Counted from the stretch's first letter, positions 1-10,350 are shown. The stretch is 64,000 nucleotides of DNA from an uncultured virus (IMG/VR IMGVR_UViG_3300011862_000003) (IMGVR_UViG_3300011862_000003); one strand, 5' to 3'. Numbers and translations: made by a program. The notes: generated from the letters alone by a model not told the origin.

Positions 1-38
1 ATAAACTAATACATAATTCTATTCTACTATATCAATCC

Positions 39-1466
39 TTATAGGATAGAACGACCACCTTTAGGAGAACCTTTAGTAGGTTTATCTTCAGTAGTCACTT
101 GATCATTTTCTGTAGGAAGATCAAAAGAATCTAGATCAGATGGAACATCAGTTTGAAGTGATTCAGCTGTAAAATTTACTTCTTTTGAAAGAAATTCATC
201 AACATTATCTAAATTCAAGCCTTCAACAGAAGACAATGAACCTTCAACAGATGCCATAACAGACAATGAACGATGACGAGTGAACTCATTTAATACAACT
301 GTACCACGAAGGATACCATTTGCATTACCACCAACATCTTTAGTTGCTACCACAGGTAAATATTTACCACGGAAGAACACAGATTCGTTATTTTGAGTTG
401 CACTATCAAAGATTTCTGCTAAACCAGATTGATTAGGATTACGTGTATTCACATAACCTTGATCTTGACGACGTAAAAGAACAGTCGATTCATTACCAAA
501 CGAATCAGAAATGTAACCCAAACGAGTTGCTTCTTGACGTTTAGCACGAGTAATTGTTTCTTCAGTCGTATCATCATCACGACCTAACGTACGAAGACCA
601 GTAGAAAGTTCTGTATTCAATACATCAGACTTAGCATCTGAATCGATCTTAGCATAACCAAAGAATTCATTAATTACAGGCATATAACTAATGTGATGTT
701 GTAAAGCATCTACTGAATTGAAGAATGGATTTTCCACTTGCATTTCAGAATCACATGTTAATGCAGGTACTAATGAATTATCAGCTACAGAGATAACCTG
801 AGACAATGCTAATACACCAGATTCAATCAGAGCTGTCATCTTAGCTTGATACTCAGCATATAGCTTATCCATTACTTTACGATAAGCAACATTAGAAGCA
901 AGGTCAGTACCTTTAGCTTCAGCATCAGCTTTAAGAGCAGTATGTACTTCACGAATCTGTTGAGAGCATTGGTTATACTGAGCAATAATATTTGGATCAG
1001 CATGAATTGCAGGGATCGGAGCCAAACGTAACAAACCAGATACAATTACAGAGTTATATGGATTGTTGAAAACATTTCCAGCAGAACTTGTTTTCTTAGC
1101 AGCCATTAACTCATCAAATTTAAACGGGTTAGAGTTACGTACAATCTTACGATTATCATCATTGATTACTGCTTTATTATCCATAGATACTTGGATATAT
1201 TGCAGACGGTTACGATATGCAGATACATTCGAAACAGAATTGTGAATACGTAGAGGAGCTAAGTCATACTGTTGTAGTTCACCATCCTTAGGTAGATACA
1301 CCATATGTAAACGAGACATACGAGTTTCACCACGAAGGACGAATAACTGTTGAACAGTAAAATGACCTGGACTACGTTCACGGTCAATGTTAGAAACCAA
1401 GTCAGATTGGTAGTTTACCATAAGAGCTTGAGCGATTTGTGAAGCAGAGAATAGAGATTTTTTCAT
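39..1466 (-). CDS. hypothetical protein, 475 aa, acidic low-complexity C-terminal tail
   Basis: Long ORF with AGGT RBS; no recognisable motif. Confidence 0.8.
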   Translation of the reverse strand: MKKSLFSASQIAQALMVNYQSDLVSNIDRERSPGHFTVQQLFVLRGETRMSRLHMVYLPKDGELQQYDLAPLRIHNSVSNVSAYRNRLQYIQVSMDNKAVINDDNRKIVRNSNPFKFDELMAAKKTSSAGNVFNNPYNSVIVSGLLRLAPIPAIHADPNIIAQYNQCSQQIREVHTALKADAEAKGTDLASNVAYRKVMDKLYAEYQAKMTALIESGVLALSQVISVADNSLVPALTCDSEMQVENPFFNSVDALQHHISYMPVINEFFGYAKIDSDAKSDVLNTELSTGLRTLGRDDDTTEETITRAKRQEATRLGYISDSFGNESTVLLRRQDQGYVNTRNPNQSGLAEIFDSATQNNESVFFRGKYLPVVATKDVGGNANGILRGTVVLNEFTRHRSLSVMASVEGSLSSVEGLNLDNVDEFLSKEVNFTAESLQTDVPSDLDSFDLPTENDQVTTEDKPTKGSPKGGRSIL

Positions 1467-1658
1467 AGTGTTACCTATAATATAAGTGAAAGGATAGGAG
1501 TCATTCCTACTGTACAGGTAGTCATTACCTATAAGTACAGTTCTGTATCTAGTTATCTAAATACATATATAGTAATACTAGGGAGGGATCTAATACTACT
1601 ATATATGTAAATAGGTGTCTCTCTCCTATATATACATAAGAGGGAGACTGTTCATTTA

Positions 1659-2015
1659 TTAATCAATTACTAATAATTCTTCAATCTCTACTATATGATC
1701 TTTAGTAATATAGATAAAGAATTTTTCATTATCAGGACAATAATACTCTTCTTTTACCATATAGTCGTATGCTTTCTTTACATCAGCAAATCTATATAGT
1801 CTATCTAGTCTATTAACTTCTAAAGAGACATAATCATCATCATTGTCATACCCTTTATCATAAGAAGTTACAACATATTCTTCATGATATATATGACTAT
1901 ATAAACTATCTCTTAAGTAATAAGGAACACATTTTCCATCATGTACAGCATAGAAGAATCCTACTATAGTGTCATTTGATATAGAAGAAAAATTAATTGC
2001 AGTTCTAAGTTTCAT
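1659..2015 (-). CDS. hypothetical protein
   Basis: ORF with AGGT RBS. Confidence 0.7.
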   Translation of the reverse strand: MKLRTAINFSSISNDTIVGFFYAVHDGKCVPYYLRDSLYSHIYHEEYVVTSYDKGYDNDDDYVSLEVNRLDRLYRFADVKKAYDYMVKEEYYCPDNEKFFIYITKDHIVEIEELLVID

Positions 2016-2069
2016 AGTATACCTATTTGTTTCATGATAGAGTTTATAGTCTCAGTGTATATACATATA

Positions 2070-2423
2070 CTATAAAGACCTAATAAACTCCCATGCATCT
2101 AGACAAGTATATTTTACACCTGTTTTAACATTAGTAAGTACTAAACGATTTCTTAATAGAGAATCTAATTTACTACGAATCGCTATTAATTGTTCTATAC
2201 TATATACAGCCTTATTACCTTCAAATTGAGTAATATTGAAATTAGGTAAGAATAAGTTAACTCGTTCTACACCACCAACATTATAACTACTATAAGAAGT
2301 AATTATTTCTGTATCCATAGGACGTACAGATGTAAATCCAAAAAATGAATTAGCTGTATTACCATTACTAAATAAATATTCAACTTGATAATAGTTATTA
2401 TTACCATGTACACGAAGTTTCAT
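2070..2423 (-). CDS. hypothetical protein
   Basis: ORF with AGGAG RBS. Confidence 0.75.
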   Translation of the reverse strand: MKLRVHGNNNYYQVEYLFSNGNTANSFFGFTSVRPMDTEIITSYSSYNVGGVERVNLFLPNFNITQFEGNKAVYSIEQLIAIRSKLDSLLRNRLVLTNVKTGVKYTCLDAWEFIRSL

Positions 2424-2484
2424 TTTAATCTCCTAGGCAACTCGTCTTTACACCTGATAAGATGTCCTTAAACAAAATAAGTTG

Positions 2485-2754
2485 TTAAGGATAATAATGA
2501 TCTATAAAATCTTCTGCACATAAGTGAGAGAACATTTCTTCGTCCATATTAACAGCACGAGTAAGAGATCCAGTAATACTTCGTACAAACTTAAGATGTT
2601 TATAAAGATGACGTTTAAATCTACGAAAATCAGGTTGAGGTTCAACTAACATTTCAGGGAGGTCTGATTCAATTTCCACCCACCCATATTCTTCATTATA
2701 TATTACTATACATATAGAACCTATACGTAAGGTACGACTAGGATAATAGTTCAT
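2485..2754 (-). CDS. hypothetical protein
   Basis: ORF co-oriented with neighbours. Confidence 0.65.
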   Translation of the reverse strand: MNYYPSRTLRIGSICIVIYNEEYGWVEIESDLPEMLVEPQPDFRRFKRHLYKHLKFVRSITGSLTRAVNMDEEMFSHLCAEDFIDHYYP

Positions 2755-3181
2755 TATATTTCCATTGTGATTAATAAATATAAATATTCAAGAAAAACAC
2801 TTATATTTATTAACCTAAAAACATACCTCCGAGGCAACTAGTCTTTATAAAACTATATATACATAGAGTGAAAAGCATAGCGCGAGCGGAGCAAGCTAGG
2901 GGATGTAGGGTTGGTGAGCAGAGTAGGAAGAGTAATAGTCCGATGAGGAAGGTTATTAGTAAGATTATAATGAAAAGGGCTATCGTAATGATACGATTAT
3001 GCCCTTCACTATTAGAGTATACTGATTAATCCGATGAGTATCATAAGCTCAACAAGAGTAAACTCTTGAAGTTTCTTACAAATTGTCATCACTTTATCAC
3101 AAACAGCTGTAAATAATTTACTAAACATTTGAACCTCAATCTTAAGTCTTAGGGTACCGACTAGTATAGTACCCATATATC

Positions 3182-3577
3182 TTAAGCGTATTTAGTTTGA
3201 ATTTCGTTGAACTTAGTTACAGTTTTGTCTTTAAGAATAATTACTTTCTCTTTTAAATCAGACATTGTCCATTTAGGTGGATAGTTAATCCAGATAACTG
3301 TACCATCAGCCAACACTTTACGTTTTTTATAGCCGATCAGCATAGCTGCAGCAGTGAGAGTTAATGTCATAAAGAACGCAGAGAATGTAGAAATGATTAC
3401 ACCGCTGATTGTTCCAGACAATCCCATGTAAAGCATAATACCAACACCATATAGTAGATCTACCCACATCTTATAACCTAAGAAGGTCTTCAGATAATGG
3501 GTATCTACAGATGCAAGGATTACAAGGATCTCTATTGCAGATAAAACAGAAACGACTACTAGTAATGTAGTCGACAT
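3182..3577 (-). CDS. membrane protein (about 3 TM helices)
   Basis: Hydrophobic segments in translation. Confidence 0.75.
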   Translation of the reverse strand: MSTTLLVVVSVLSAIEILVILASVDTHYLKTFLGYKMWVDLLYGVGIMLYMGLSGTISGVIISTFSAFFMTLTLTAAAMLIGYKKRKVLADGTVIWINYPPKWTMSDLKEKVIILKDKTVTKFNEIQTKYA

Positions 3578-3583
3578 AGATTA

Positions 3584-3817
3584 TTACTCCGCATCAGAAG
3601 ATACAAAGAATTTCCATACAAGCCAACCTACAACAGCAGCACCTAGAGCTACAAGAGCCCAGCTAAGATAAGAAACCATAGCAGCAGACATACCTAGTGA
3701 CATAAGCCAAGGTGCTACATATGCAGCGATAACGCCATGATGAATAAGTTCCATTACAGCATAAGAAGCTACAGATACAGCTACTGTAGTGAGCATAGTT
3801 TTAGTTTGATGTTTCAT
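3584..3817 (-). CDS. small membrane protein
   Basis: Hydrophobic 77 aa ORF, GAGGT RBS. Confidence 0.75.
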   Translation of the reverse strand: MKHQTKTMLTTVAVSVASYAVMELIHHGVIAAYVAPWLMSLGMSAAMVSYLSWALVALGAAVVGWLVWKFFVSSDAE

Positions 3818-4050
3818 GACAGAGTTACCTCTTTAAAAAGTGTTTGAAAAGGAGTGTGTTACAAGTTACAACAGTTTTGATAGAACTGGGCCCTAGTCCC
3901 ATCATATAGAGAGGTTAGGTGGTAACCTCAACTATCTTAATAATTTTTAAACCAAGACTATCAATTTTTAACCATGCTGATTGATAGTCTTTTTCTATAA
4001 TAGTAATTGTTGTTGGTAGTTTATCAATAGCTACCACAGTTACATTAAAT

Positions 4051-4794
4051 TTAGGCATTGTGTTCATCACGGATGTCATTAAACTGACCATCGAGAACTT
4101 TACGAACTTCTGCCATTACAGTCTTTTGGATTAGACGATGAATGTATTTTTCATTGGAGAGTAAGGCTTCAGTGATACTGTCATGCACTTCTCCGTTGAA
4201 ATCAAATACTTCAACTTCTGCATTCTTAACCTGATCAATAAGGACAGGAATATTTAGTTCTGGAAGAATCTTAGTAACAGCTGAAGGTAAAGTTGTTAAT
4301 TCAGGTACTTTAATAGCACCGGCGACAGCTTCTACTACAGATACAGGTATACCTGCTTCTTTAGATTCTTTTTTAACTTTACGATCTTTAACCTTAACAG
4401 TTTTACGTACAAGTTTAATTAAGATACTAAGAGGTAATTTAATTTCTTTACCATCTACAGTAAAGGTAGCATGAGTGGTATCTATTTTAGTTGGTTCTAA
4501 ATAAGCAGTACCAATAGCAAAACCATATTCATTACTAGACTTAATTACGAATCCATCAGCATTTTCAGAACGTACACCTTTGGCTTCATAGCCTTGTACA
4601 TTGATTAAAGAACGAACTGGGATCCAATGACGAGGACCAGAACCAAAGCGAACAGATGCAGAGGTACCTTCAATTTCTACAACAAGAACTTCTTTACCAA
4701 TGAGAAAGTTTTTCTCTTGAGGAAATTTAGATACATTTTGTACTGTGTATTTTTTCTGAGTCTTTACTATAGAATCAGTATAGATAATAGACAT
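4051..4794 (-). CDS. hypothetical protein, possible N-terminal SH3-like beta-barrel
   Basis: GKEVLVVEIEGTSASVRFGSGPRHWIPVRSL resembles an SH3/KOW-type pattern; AGGA RBS. Confidence 0.7.
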   Translation of the reverse strand: MSIIYTDSIVKTQKKYTVQNVSKFPQEKNFLIGKEVLVVEIEGTSASVRFGSGPRHWIPVRSLINVQGYEAKGVRSENADGFVIKSSNEYGFAIGTAYLEPTKIDTTHATFTVDGKEIKLPLSILIKLVRKTVKVKDRKVKKESKEAGIPVSVVEAVAGAIKVPELTTLPSAVTKILPELNIPVLIDQVKNAEVEVFDFNGEVHDSITEALLSNEKYIHRLIQKTVMAEVRKVLDGQFNDIRDEHNA

Positions 4795-4814
4795 AGTATA
4801 AGTCCTATTGTGAA

Positions 4815-4868
4815 GTAATAATCCACAGATAGGATCGAATTAATCCAATCCTATCAATTGAGTATTAC
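4815..4868 (-). repeat. AAUU/UGUG structured intergenic element, copy 1
   Basis: Minus strand: GTAATACTC AATT GATAGGAT T GGA TTAA TTC G ATCCTATC TGTG GATTATTAC. Confidence 0.9.
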
Positions 4869-6274
4869 GCTGTAGCTGGTAGAACTACATGTACAGGTGT
4901 TTGTACGTGACCGGATTTAGCAATAGCTGCTGCTTTTGCAATAGCTTCTTGTTCCATTTGTTTAGCTTGTTCTGGAGAAACATCAATACGATCTTCTGCT
5001 TCAGTTTTAATGAACCAAGATTTAATCCAAGCACCAAAGCGTTTCATTTGTTTCCAAATGTTTGTGAAGAATGATTTGATACCTTTGTAGACACCTTTAA
5101 AGAATTCTACAATTTTACCATTTTTCTTTACTTGTACATCACCAGTTTCTTTATGTACTATTACTGATTCATTATCAGTAGTAGGTACTTCGAATGTACC
5201 AACAGATTCATCCTGAGCTCCAGATAAAGCAGAAGCCATAGCATGTACAGATGATTCTGTATTAGTCTTTTTATATTTCTCATTTACTTTAGCGAGAATT
5301 TTATCGACCATATGAGCATTATCAAACTTAGCATGAAGCTCAGGTTGAGAATACTTAGTAGTAGCAGTAAGGATACCCACTTTATCTACTGTTACACGAT
5401 TTGGATTATCAAGATCATGTAAAGATTTATAGAAGGCATCAGCCCAGCTACGTACTTTAGTACCTAATTCAGAACGAAGACTTAATAGTTCTTCACCATC
5501 AAATGCATCATTCATGCGAAGTAATACTTTTTCAATATCAGCCATATAAGGAATATGGAATGCAATATTGTGATCTACAGGGATAGCTACAGTTTCAGTA
5601 GCACCAGATACAGTGTGTTCTGCAATAGCCTGAGCAGTAGCAGTTACTTGAGTTTGTACTTCTGGTTTAATTGTTACTTGATTGGTAGTATTTTCAGTTG
5701 TCATTTCTTTCACCAGTTCTTGTTGTGTTTGTTCAGGAATTACTACTTCAGTTTCATTAGCATCAAGTTCAGATAGGCCGTCAATAGTAACAGCATTACC
5801 TTCTTGAGCAGTAGCTACAGCTTCAGTAATTTCAGCAATTGTTGGTTCAACTACTGGAGCAGGTTGATCAGGAGTTTTGTTAGTCGCTACTGGAGTAGTT
5901 TTCTTAGCAGCATTAGTACGTTTAGCCATAATTGGATCCTCATCATTATCGATTAAATTTTGAATGATTGCTGGCACTAGATGCCAATGTGGAAATTCTT
6001 TCTTTGTACGTTCTAATGTAGAATAGATTGTTTGATTAGAAAGAACTCCTGTAGGATCTTCTTTAATCGTATTAGCGTTAATACTAATCTTTACATTATT
6101 GTACAATTCACTGACAAACTTTTTTAAGTCTTCTAAGAGTTTAGCCTGTGAAGTTGGTGATTGATTGATAGGTTGTTTCATTTGACGAAGACAACCTTCA
6201 ATGTTTGCGTGTGATACTGCTAAGGCAGAATAGATATCTAGCCTTTCATTTCTAGGTTTTGGTTGTTTACTCAT
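4865..6274 (-). CDS. hypothetical protein, 469 aa, T/E/A/P-rich linker
   Basis: ORF with GGAGG RBS; possible internal start at 5929. Confidence 0.8.
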   Translation of the reverse strand: MSKQPKPRNERLDIYSALAVSHANIEGCLRQMKQPINQSPTSQAKLLEDLKKFVSELYNNVKISINANTIKEDPTGVLSNQTIYSTLERTKKEFPHWHLVPAIIQNLIDNDEDPIMAKRTNAAKKTTPVATNKTPDQPAPVVEPTIAEITEAVATAQEGNAVTIDGLSELDANETEVVIPEQTQQELVKEMTTENTTNQVTIKPEVQTQVTATAQAIAEHTVSGATETVAIPVDHNIAFHIPYMADIEKVLLRMNDAFDGEELLSLRSELGTKVRSWADAFYKSLHDLDNPNRVTVDKVGILTATTKYSQPELHAKFDNAHMVDKILAKVNEKYKKTNTESSVHAMASALSGAQDESVGTFEVPTTDNESVIVHKETGDVQVKKNGKIVEFFKGVYKGIKSFFTNIWKQMKRFGAWIKSWFIKTEAEDRIDVSPEQAKQMEQEAIAKAAAIAKSGHVQTPVHVVLPATA

Positions 6275-6295
6275 GAGTATCCCTCCAAACGTCCC

Positions 6296-6778
6296 TTATC
6301 GAGACGTTATATACTTAATTTTAACACCAGCATCCTTAGCTAATTTGATAGTACTTTGATATAAGTGACGATCTAATTTGTGTTGTTTATGCTCACCTTT
6401 ATAGATAAGAACAACATCAGATAGAGTACCACCATAACCATAGATACTAAATACAGAAGAGAGTAAGAGATCTTGATCCTCTTGTTCCCACTTCTTCATA
6501 TTAGGGAAGGACTGTAAAGCAATTTTATAAGCTTGAAGCTTTTGCTCTTCAGTTGGTGTTGGTAATTTCATTGTGAGTCCATAGAACTCATGAGATGGTA
6601 GATACATAAGTACCATATCATTATCAATGTTAACAGGACTATCAGCTCCACCATTACCATTAAAACGGATAGCATTTCCCATATCTAGAATACATTGAAC
6701 TACACCAGATATGTATAAACGATTATCACGTTTTAAATAGTAAGGAAGAATGAGAGTAGCAATAGCTATATCATCCAT
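6296..6778 (-). CDS. hypothetical protein
   Basis: ORF with AAGGAGG RBS. Confidence 0.75.
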   Translation of the reverse strand: MDDIAIATLILPYYLKRDNRLYISGVVQCILDMGNAIRFNGNGGADSPVNIDNDMVLMYLPSHEFYGLTMKLPTPTEEQKLQAYKIALQSFPNMKKWEQEDQDLLLSSVFSIYGYGGTLSDVVLIYKGEHKQHKLDRHLYQSTIKLAKDAGVKIKYITSR

Positions 6779-6902
6779 CTAATGCCTCCTTAATTTGTTT
6801 AAGGGTTGATAGTTCCACATGTTCAATAGGTAGTGCATAAGTCAGTACTTCTTCCAAAGTAGCGTCAGTCCAATTACCTAAATAACGGATAGGATCTTTC
6901 AT
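6771..6902 (-). CDS. small hypothetical protein, 43 aa (MKDPIRYLGNW...), not in ORF track
   Basis: ATGA overlap with upstream stop; fills the gap exactly. Confidence 0.6.
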   Translation of the reverse strand: MKDPIRYLGNWTDATLEEVLTYALPIEHVELSTLKQIKEALDG

Positions 6903-7225
6903 TTATTAGTTCCATGTAAAATGCGTAGATAAGATTTACCTAGCTTTGTTTTGAGAAATTCTTGATGTTGCTCTGCAAGTTGATTACGTTTTCTATCATT
7001 GTATTCAGATACAAATTGATCAAAAGGAAGTAATGGTAACTTATCGATTTCAGATTGAGGTGCATCTGAATCTTTAGGATTAAAGAATTCAAATAAAGGT
7101 GGACGTTCACCTCTTTGTACATATGGTTGAATATCACGATTATAAACTGTGGATGCTACACGAATAAGTATAAAAATACCCATTAAAGTAGCAGCACCTA
7201 CAGTCATTAAACCAAAGAATATCAT
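6899..7225 (-). CDS. protein with N-terminal membrane anchor
   Basis: Hydrophobic N-terminus; GGAGGT RBS. Confidence 0.75.
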   Translation of the reverse strand: MIFFGLMTVGAATLMGIFILIRVASTVYNRDIQPYVQRGERPPLFEFFNPKDSDAPQSEIDKLPLLPFDQFVSEYNDRKRNQLAEQHQEFLKTKLGKSYLRILHGTNK

Positions 7226-7377
7226 TTAACCTCCACATCATTTGCATGATCAAAATAATACCCATGAGTCCAGCAACTATACCATCCTTTAAACTTACAC
7301 CAGATTGTATAACGATCCTTAAAATAAAGAATGTTATCTCGAGTTATACGTAAGACACGAATAGTTCCTTCAGGCAT
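7222..7377 (-). CDS. small hypothetical protein, 51 aa (MPEGTIRVLR...), not in ORF track
   Basis: AGGAGG RBS; overlaps both neighbours translationally. Confidence 0.65.
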   Translation of the reverse strand: MPEGTIRVLRITRDNILYFKDRYTIWCKFKGWYSCWTHGYYFDHANDVEVK

Positions 7378-7645
7378 TTATAGCCTCCTTAGAACGTTTA
7401 AAGGTATTGGTAGCAGATTGCTTTTGTTCACGTAACCAATAATCAGGAAGTGTGAAACCATTTTCTATAGCTTTGTTATAATCTGTAGTGATGTCAAGAT
7501 AAGCAAGAGTACATACACCTTTCTCACTTACTTTACCAACAGGTTTAACATAGTGAAGATATGGACGTTTTTCCATAGATTCTTGTATAGCTTTAATAGC
7601 AACAACAGCTTCTTTACTATGAGCTTGAATAATAAATGTACTCAT
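7370..7645 (-). CDS. hypothetical protein (start moved to MSTFII)
   Basis: AGGAG RBS before 7645; the longer ORF start lies inside the hairpin element. Confidence 0.7.
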   Translation of the reverse strand: MSTFIIQAHSKEAVVAIKAIQESMEKRPYLHYVKPVGKVSEKGVCTLAYLDITTDYNKAIENGFTLPDYWLREQKQSATNTFKRSKEAINA

Positions 7646-7664
7646 AAGAGTATCTCCTAGTGTG

Positions 7665-7714
7665 TAATAGACCACATATACCATCTCCTAAGAAATGGTA
7701 TAAATTGTATATTA
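7665..7714 (-). repeat. AAUU/UGUG element, copy 2
   Basis: TAATATAC AATT TATACCAT T TC TTAG GA G ATGGTATA TGTG GTCTATTA. Confidence 0.9.
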
Positions 7715-8530
7715 ATCTTGAGTAATATCAACTAATGGTGATTGACCATAGAAAGCACGAATAGCTTTAACAAATGATACAGGTAAAGCTTCTTTACGAG
7801 CAGTATCCAGTAAAGTATCAGTAGACTTTAATACATGTGCTACTTTAATTTGACTTGCAGATATTTCACGCCCATCTTTATGAATACCATTTAGATAGTG
7901 AATGCTAAAGAAGTTTTCGTTTTCTTCGTCAGTAAAGAATGGTTCAGGGTTACTGAATTCAGAAGGGATAATAGTCCAATTGAAGTATTCAACAGATGAA
8001 CGAGCCTCTGTAGGTACATCATTAGCATCTACATGACGAATTTCTACGATTGGATCTATAGGGTCTTCTTCATTTTCATCTTTAGGGAACCACTTAGCTT
8101 CGAAAGCTTCAGATGCTTCTTCTTCATCACCGAAGATACAAGCTGCATCAGCAAGAGGTTTAAGAAGTTTAAGTGTTACACGTTCAGCTGCTTGGATACA
8201 TTCAGTTAAATACTCTTCATTAATACTGATGATAACTTCATCATCAGTTTTAGTCAGAGTGGCAACCTTAGTAGCTTTCTCTTTAATGTTAGAAAAGAAT
8301 GGAAGCTTAGTAGCAAATTCTTCAGCTTGTTTCAGAGCTTGTTTAGCTTTGTCAGCTCGGTATTGTTCTACAGGAATATCAAGAACTTCAGCATTTTTGA
8401 TAATAGATTTTTCTTCCTGAGCTTTAAGACCTTTATGAGTCTTTGAAATTTCACGAACATTTAAAGCAACAGTAGCCATTGAAGAAGCAACAGCATTAAG
8501 AAGATTAGCAGACATAGTAAGTTTTAACAT
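7712..8530 (-). CDS. hypothetical protein, 272 aa
   Basis: ORF with AAGGA RBS. Confidence 0.8.
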   Translation of the reverse strand: MLKLTMSANLLNAVASSMATVALNVREISKTHKGLKAQEEKSIIKNAEVLDIPVEQYRADKAKQALKQAEEFATKLPFFSNIKEKATKVATLTKTDDEVIISINEEYLTECIQAAERVTLKLLKPLADAACIFGDEEEASEAFEAKWFPKDENEEDPIDPIVEIRHVDANDVPTEARSSVEYFNWTIIPSEFSNPEPFFTDEENENFFSIHYLNGIHKDGREISASQIKVAHVLKSTDTLLDTARKEALPVSFVKAIRAFYGQSPLVDITQD

Positions 8531-8565
8531 GAGATATTTCCTTATGGAAGTTAGTTACAAAAGAG

Positions 8566-8618
8566 GTAATAGACCACATATACATACTCGTGAAGAATAT
8601 GTATAAATTGTATATTAC
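8566..8618 (-). repeat. AAUU/UGUG element, copy 3
   Basis: GTAATATAC AATT TATACATA T TC TTCAC GA G TATGTATA TGTG GTCTATTAC. Confidence 0.9.
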
Positions 8619-8995
8619 TTACCGAGGGAGAGTTTAGTACTAAATGCTAAAGCTAAGCCACCTGATACAGCTATACGTTTAGTGATGGCTTTCAGTTTAG
8701 AGTCAGCTGTTAACCAACCAGTAGATACACCAATAGAACATAATACTTTAAGAGGACTATGAGCAGGAGCAAGCAAAACCCCTTTAGCTAAATACTGTAC
8801 TAATGTATGTTCATTTTTATCAAGAGCAAGAGAACTACAATAAAGATTAATAGCAGTATTAACTGTCTTGGCAACGTTAGGTTCCATGTTCTTTAATAAT
8901 GCAGGACTAGTTAAATCCTCTGCTATTGGTTTAAGATAAGTAATAAGTAATTGAGAAACAGCAAAAACTTTAGACTTAAGAAGAGTAGCTGACAT
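8615..8995 (-). CDS. hypothetical protein, possibly membrane-associated
   Basis: GAGGT RBS; hydrophobic C-terminus. Confidence 0.7.
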   Translation of the reverse strand: MSATLLKSKVFAVSQLLITYLKPIAEDLTSPALLKNMEPNVAKTVNTAINLYCSSLALDKNEHTLVQYLAKGVLLAPAHSPLKVLCSIGVSTGWLTADSKLKAITKRIAVSGGLALAFSTKLSLGK

Positions 8996-8998
8996 GAG

Positions 8999-9139
8999 TT
9001 ATACCTCTGGAATTTGAATTACTGTAGTAACGAATTTATTAGGATAATACTCAGCACACTTACGACGAGCATGTTGAGACGAATTACCTTCTATTACCCA
9101 TGTACTAAGATCATAAAAAGTAATTAAATATTTATACAT
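8999..9139 (-). CDS. small hypothetical protein, 46 aa (MYKYLITFYD...), not in ORF track
   Basis: GGTGAG RBS; stop lies next to the RBS of the following gene. Confidence 0.55.
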   Translation of the reverse strand: MYKYLITFYDLSTWVIEGNSSQHARRKCAEYYPNKFVTTVIQIPEV

Positions 9140-9227
9140 AATCTCACCCGTTGAAAGGCAGAGCGCGAGCGCGAACCTTTCTCCGTCCGATTGTGGTGGT
9201 GGTTGAGAGGGTATTGGTACGATTGTG

Positions 9228-9737
9228 CTAAATTATGATCTTAGCTAATTCAAAACTGAAAGATTTTATGTCGGAGTTATCTAACACATTCTCAATACGT
9301 TTCAAATGAATCATTCCAGGATAATGCTGATGCAAATAAAGTAAAGCTTCTTTATATAGATTCTTACCTACTTGAGCTATAGCCCAATTATCACAGAACA
9401 ATTCTAAATCCATACCAGGAGCCATTGCTTGCCCTTCTTTAGTCCAATGAGCCATCTCATGGTAAACTAAAATATCAGTAATATGTTTAGGAATGGTACG
9501 ATCCCAAGTATAATTAATGATTATAATGACATGTTGGTTATCCACATATGATGCCATTTGAGGTAAATAGTGAGCACCAATACGTTTCACAATTACATCA
9601 TCAGCACGAATAATAGAATAGAGTTCTGTCTCTTCTATAGGTACTGCAGACATATGAGAACCACCAATAATACGTTCCACTTGTTCTTGGAATGCATTAA
9701 AGAAGTAAGCACCAAAGTTAAATCCAATACGATTCAT
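9228..9737 (-). CDS. putative zinc metallopeptidase (HEXXH)
   Basis: LVYHEMAH followed by ELFCD; GGAG RBS before MNRIG. Confidence 0.65.
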   Translation of the reverse strand: MNRIGFNFGAYFFNAFQEQVERIIGGSHMSAVPIEETELYSIIRADDVIVKRIGAHYLPQMASYVDNQHVIIIINYTWDRTIPKHITDILVYHEMAHWTKEGQAMAPGMDLELFCDNWAIAQVGKNLYKEALLYLHQHYPGMIHLKRIENVLDNSDIKSFSFELAKIII

Positions 9738-9755
9738 AAGAATCTCCAATGACTA

Positions 9756-9805
9756 ATAAACCACAATAGGATACGAGCCGAAACCCATATCCTATAATTG
9801 TTTAT
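9756..9805 (-). repeat. AAUU/UGUG element, copy 4 (UUCG loop)
   Basis: ATAAAC AATT ATAGGATA T GGGT TTCG GCTC G TATCCTAT TGTG GTTTAT. Confidence 0.9.
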
Positions 9806-10233
9806 CAGATAGTTTCAAATAGATTAAGAGCATGTTTGATAATACTCTCTTTCAGTTTGTTACGACCAATAGTAGGAACACCTTCGAAATCATTCTTAAC
9901 ACAAGTTACTACTTGTTGATAATAAGCCATTTCATTCGGAGTTTCATCACGCATGATTGCGCTCTGTTTGTTCCACATTGCAATTAAGTGTCCTATGATA
10001 ACGTTGTAGCTATCAGTAGGAGAAACCTCCTCAGAGAAGCTTACAAGCTCATCTAGAGCACTTGTGAGATGAACCCAACCCTGTTGTGATGCCATGTGAG
10101 TAAGAAGTTCTTTCCCAGCATCAACAGTATTGAGAGTAGTCTTACTAGATCCATCAAATCCAAAGGTAGCAAAAAGATTTTTACGACCCCAAGAATTCTG
10201 TGTAAATAGTAAGTTACCAAATTTATCAGACAT
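9805..10233 (-). CDS. hypothetical protein
   Basis: AGGAGG RBS. Confidence 0.75.
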   Translation of the reverse strand: MSDKFGNLLFTQNSWGRKNLFATFGFDGSSKTTLNTVDAGKELLTHMASQQGWVHLTSALDELVSFSEEVSPTDSYNVIIGHLIAMWNKQSAIMRDETPNEMAYYQQVVTCVKNDFEGVPTIGRNKLKESIIKHALNLFETI

Positions 10234-10237
10234 AGAA

Positions 10238-10324
10238 TTATCCTCCTATTAGTTGTCCGATGACTAAAAGCAACATAAGAATTAAAGCCACGATAGAATT
10301 ACCTATTGCACGTCTTAACCACAT
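10238..10324 (-). CDS. 28 aa hydrophobic peptide (MWLRRAIG...), not in ORF track
   Basis: AAGGA RBS; single TM-like segment. Confidence 0.45.
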   Translation of the reverse strand: MWLRRAIGNSIVALILMLLLVIGQLIGG

Positions 10325-10350
10325 AATACATCCTTGTACATAGCCAAAGA

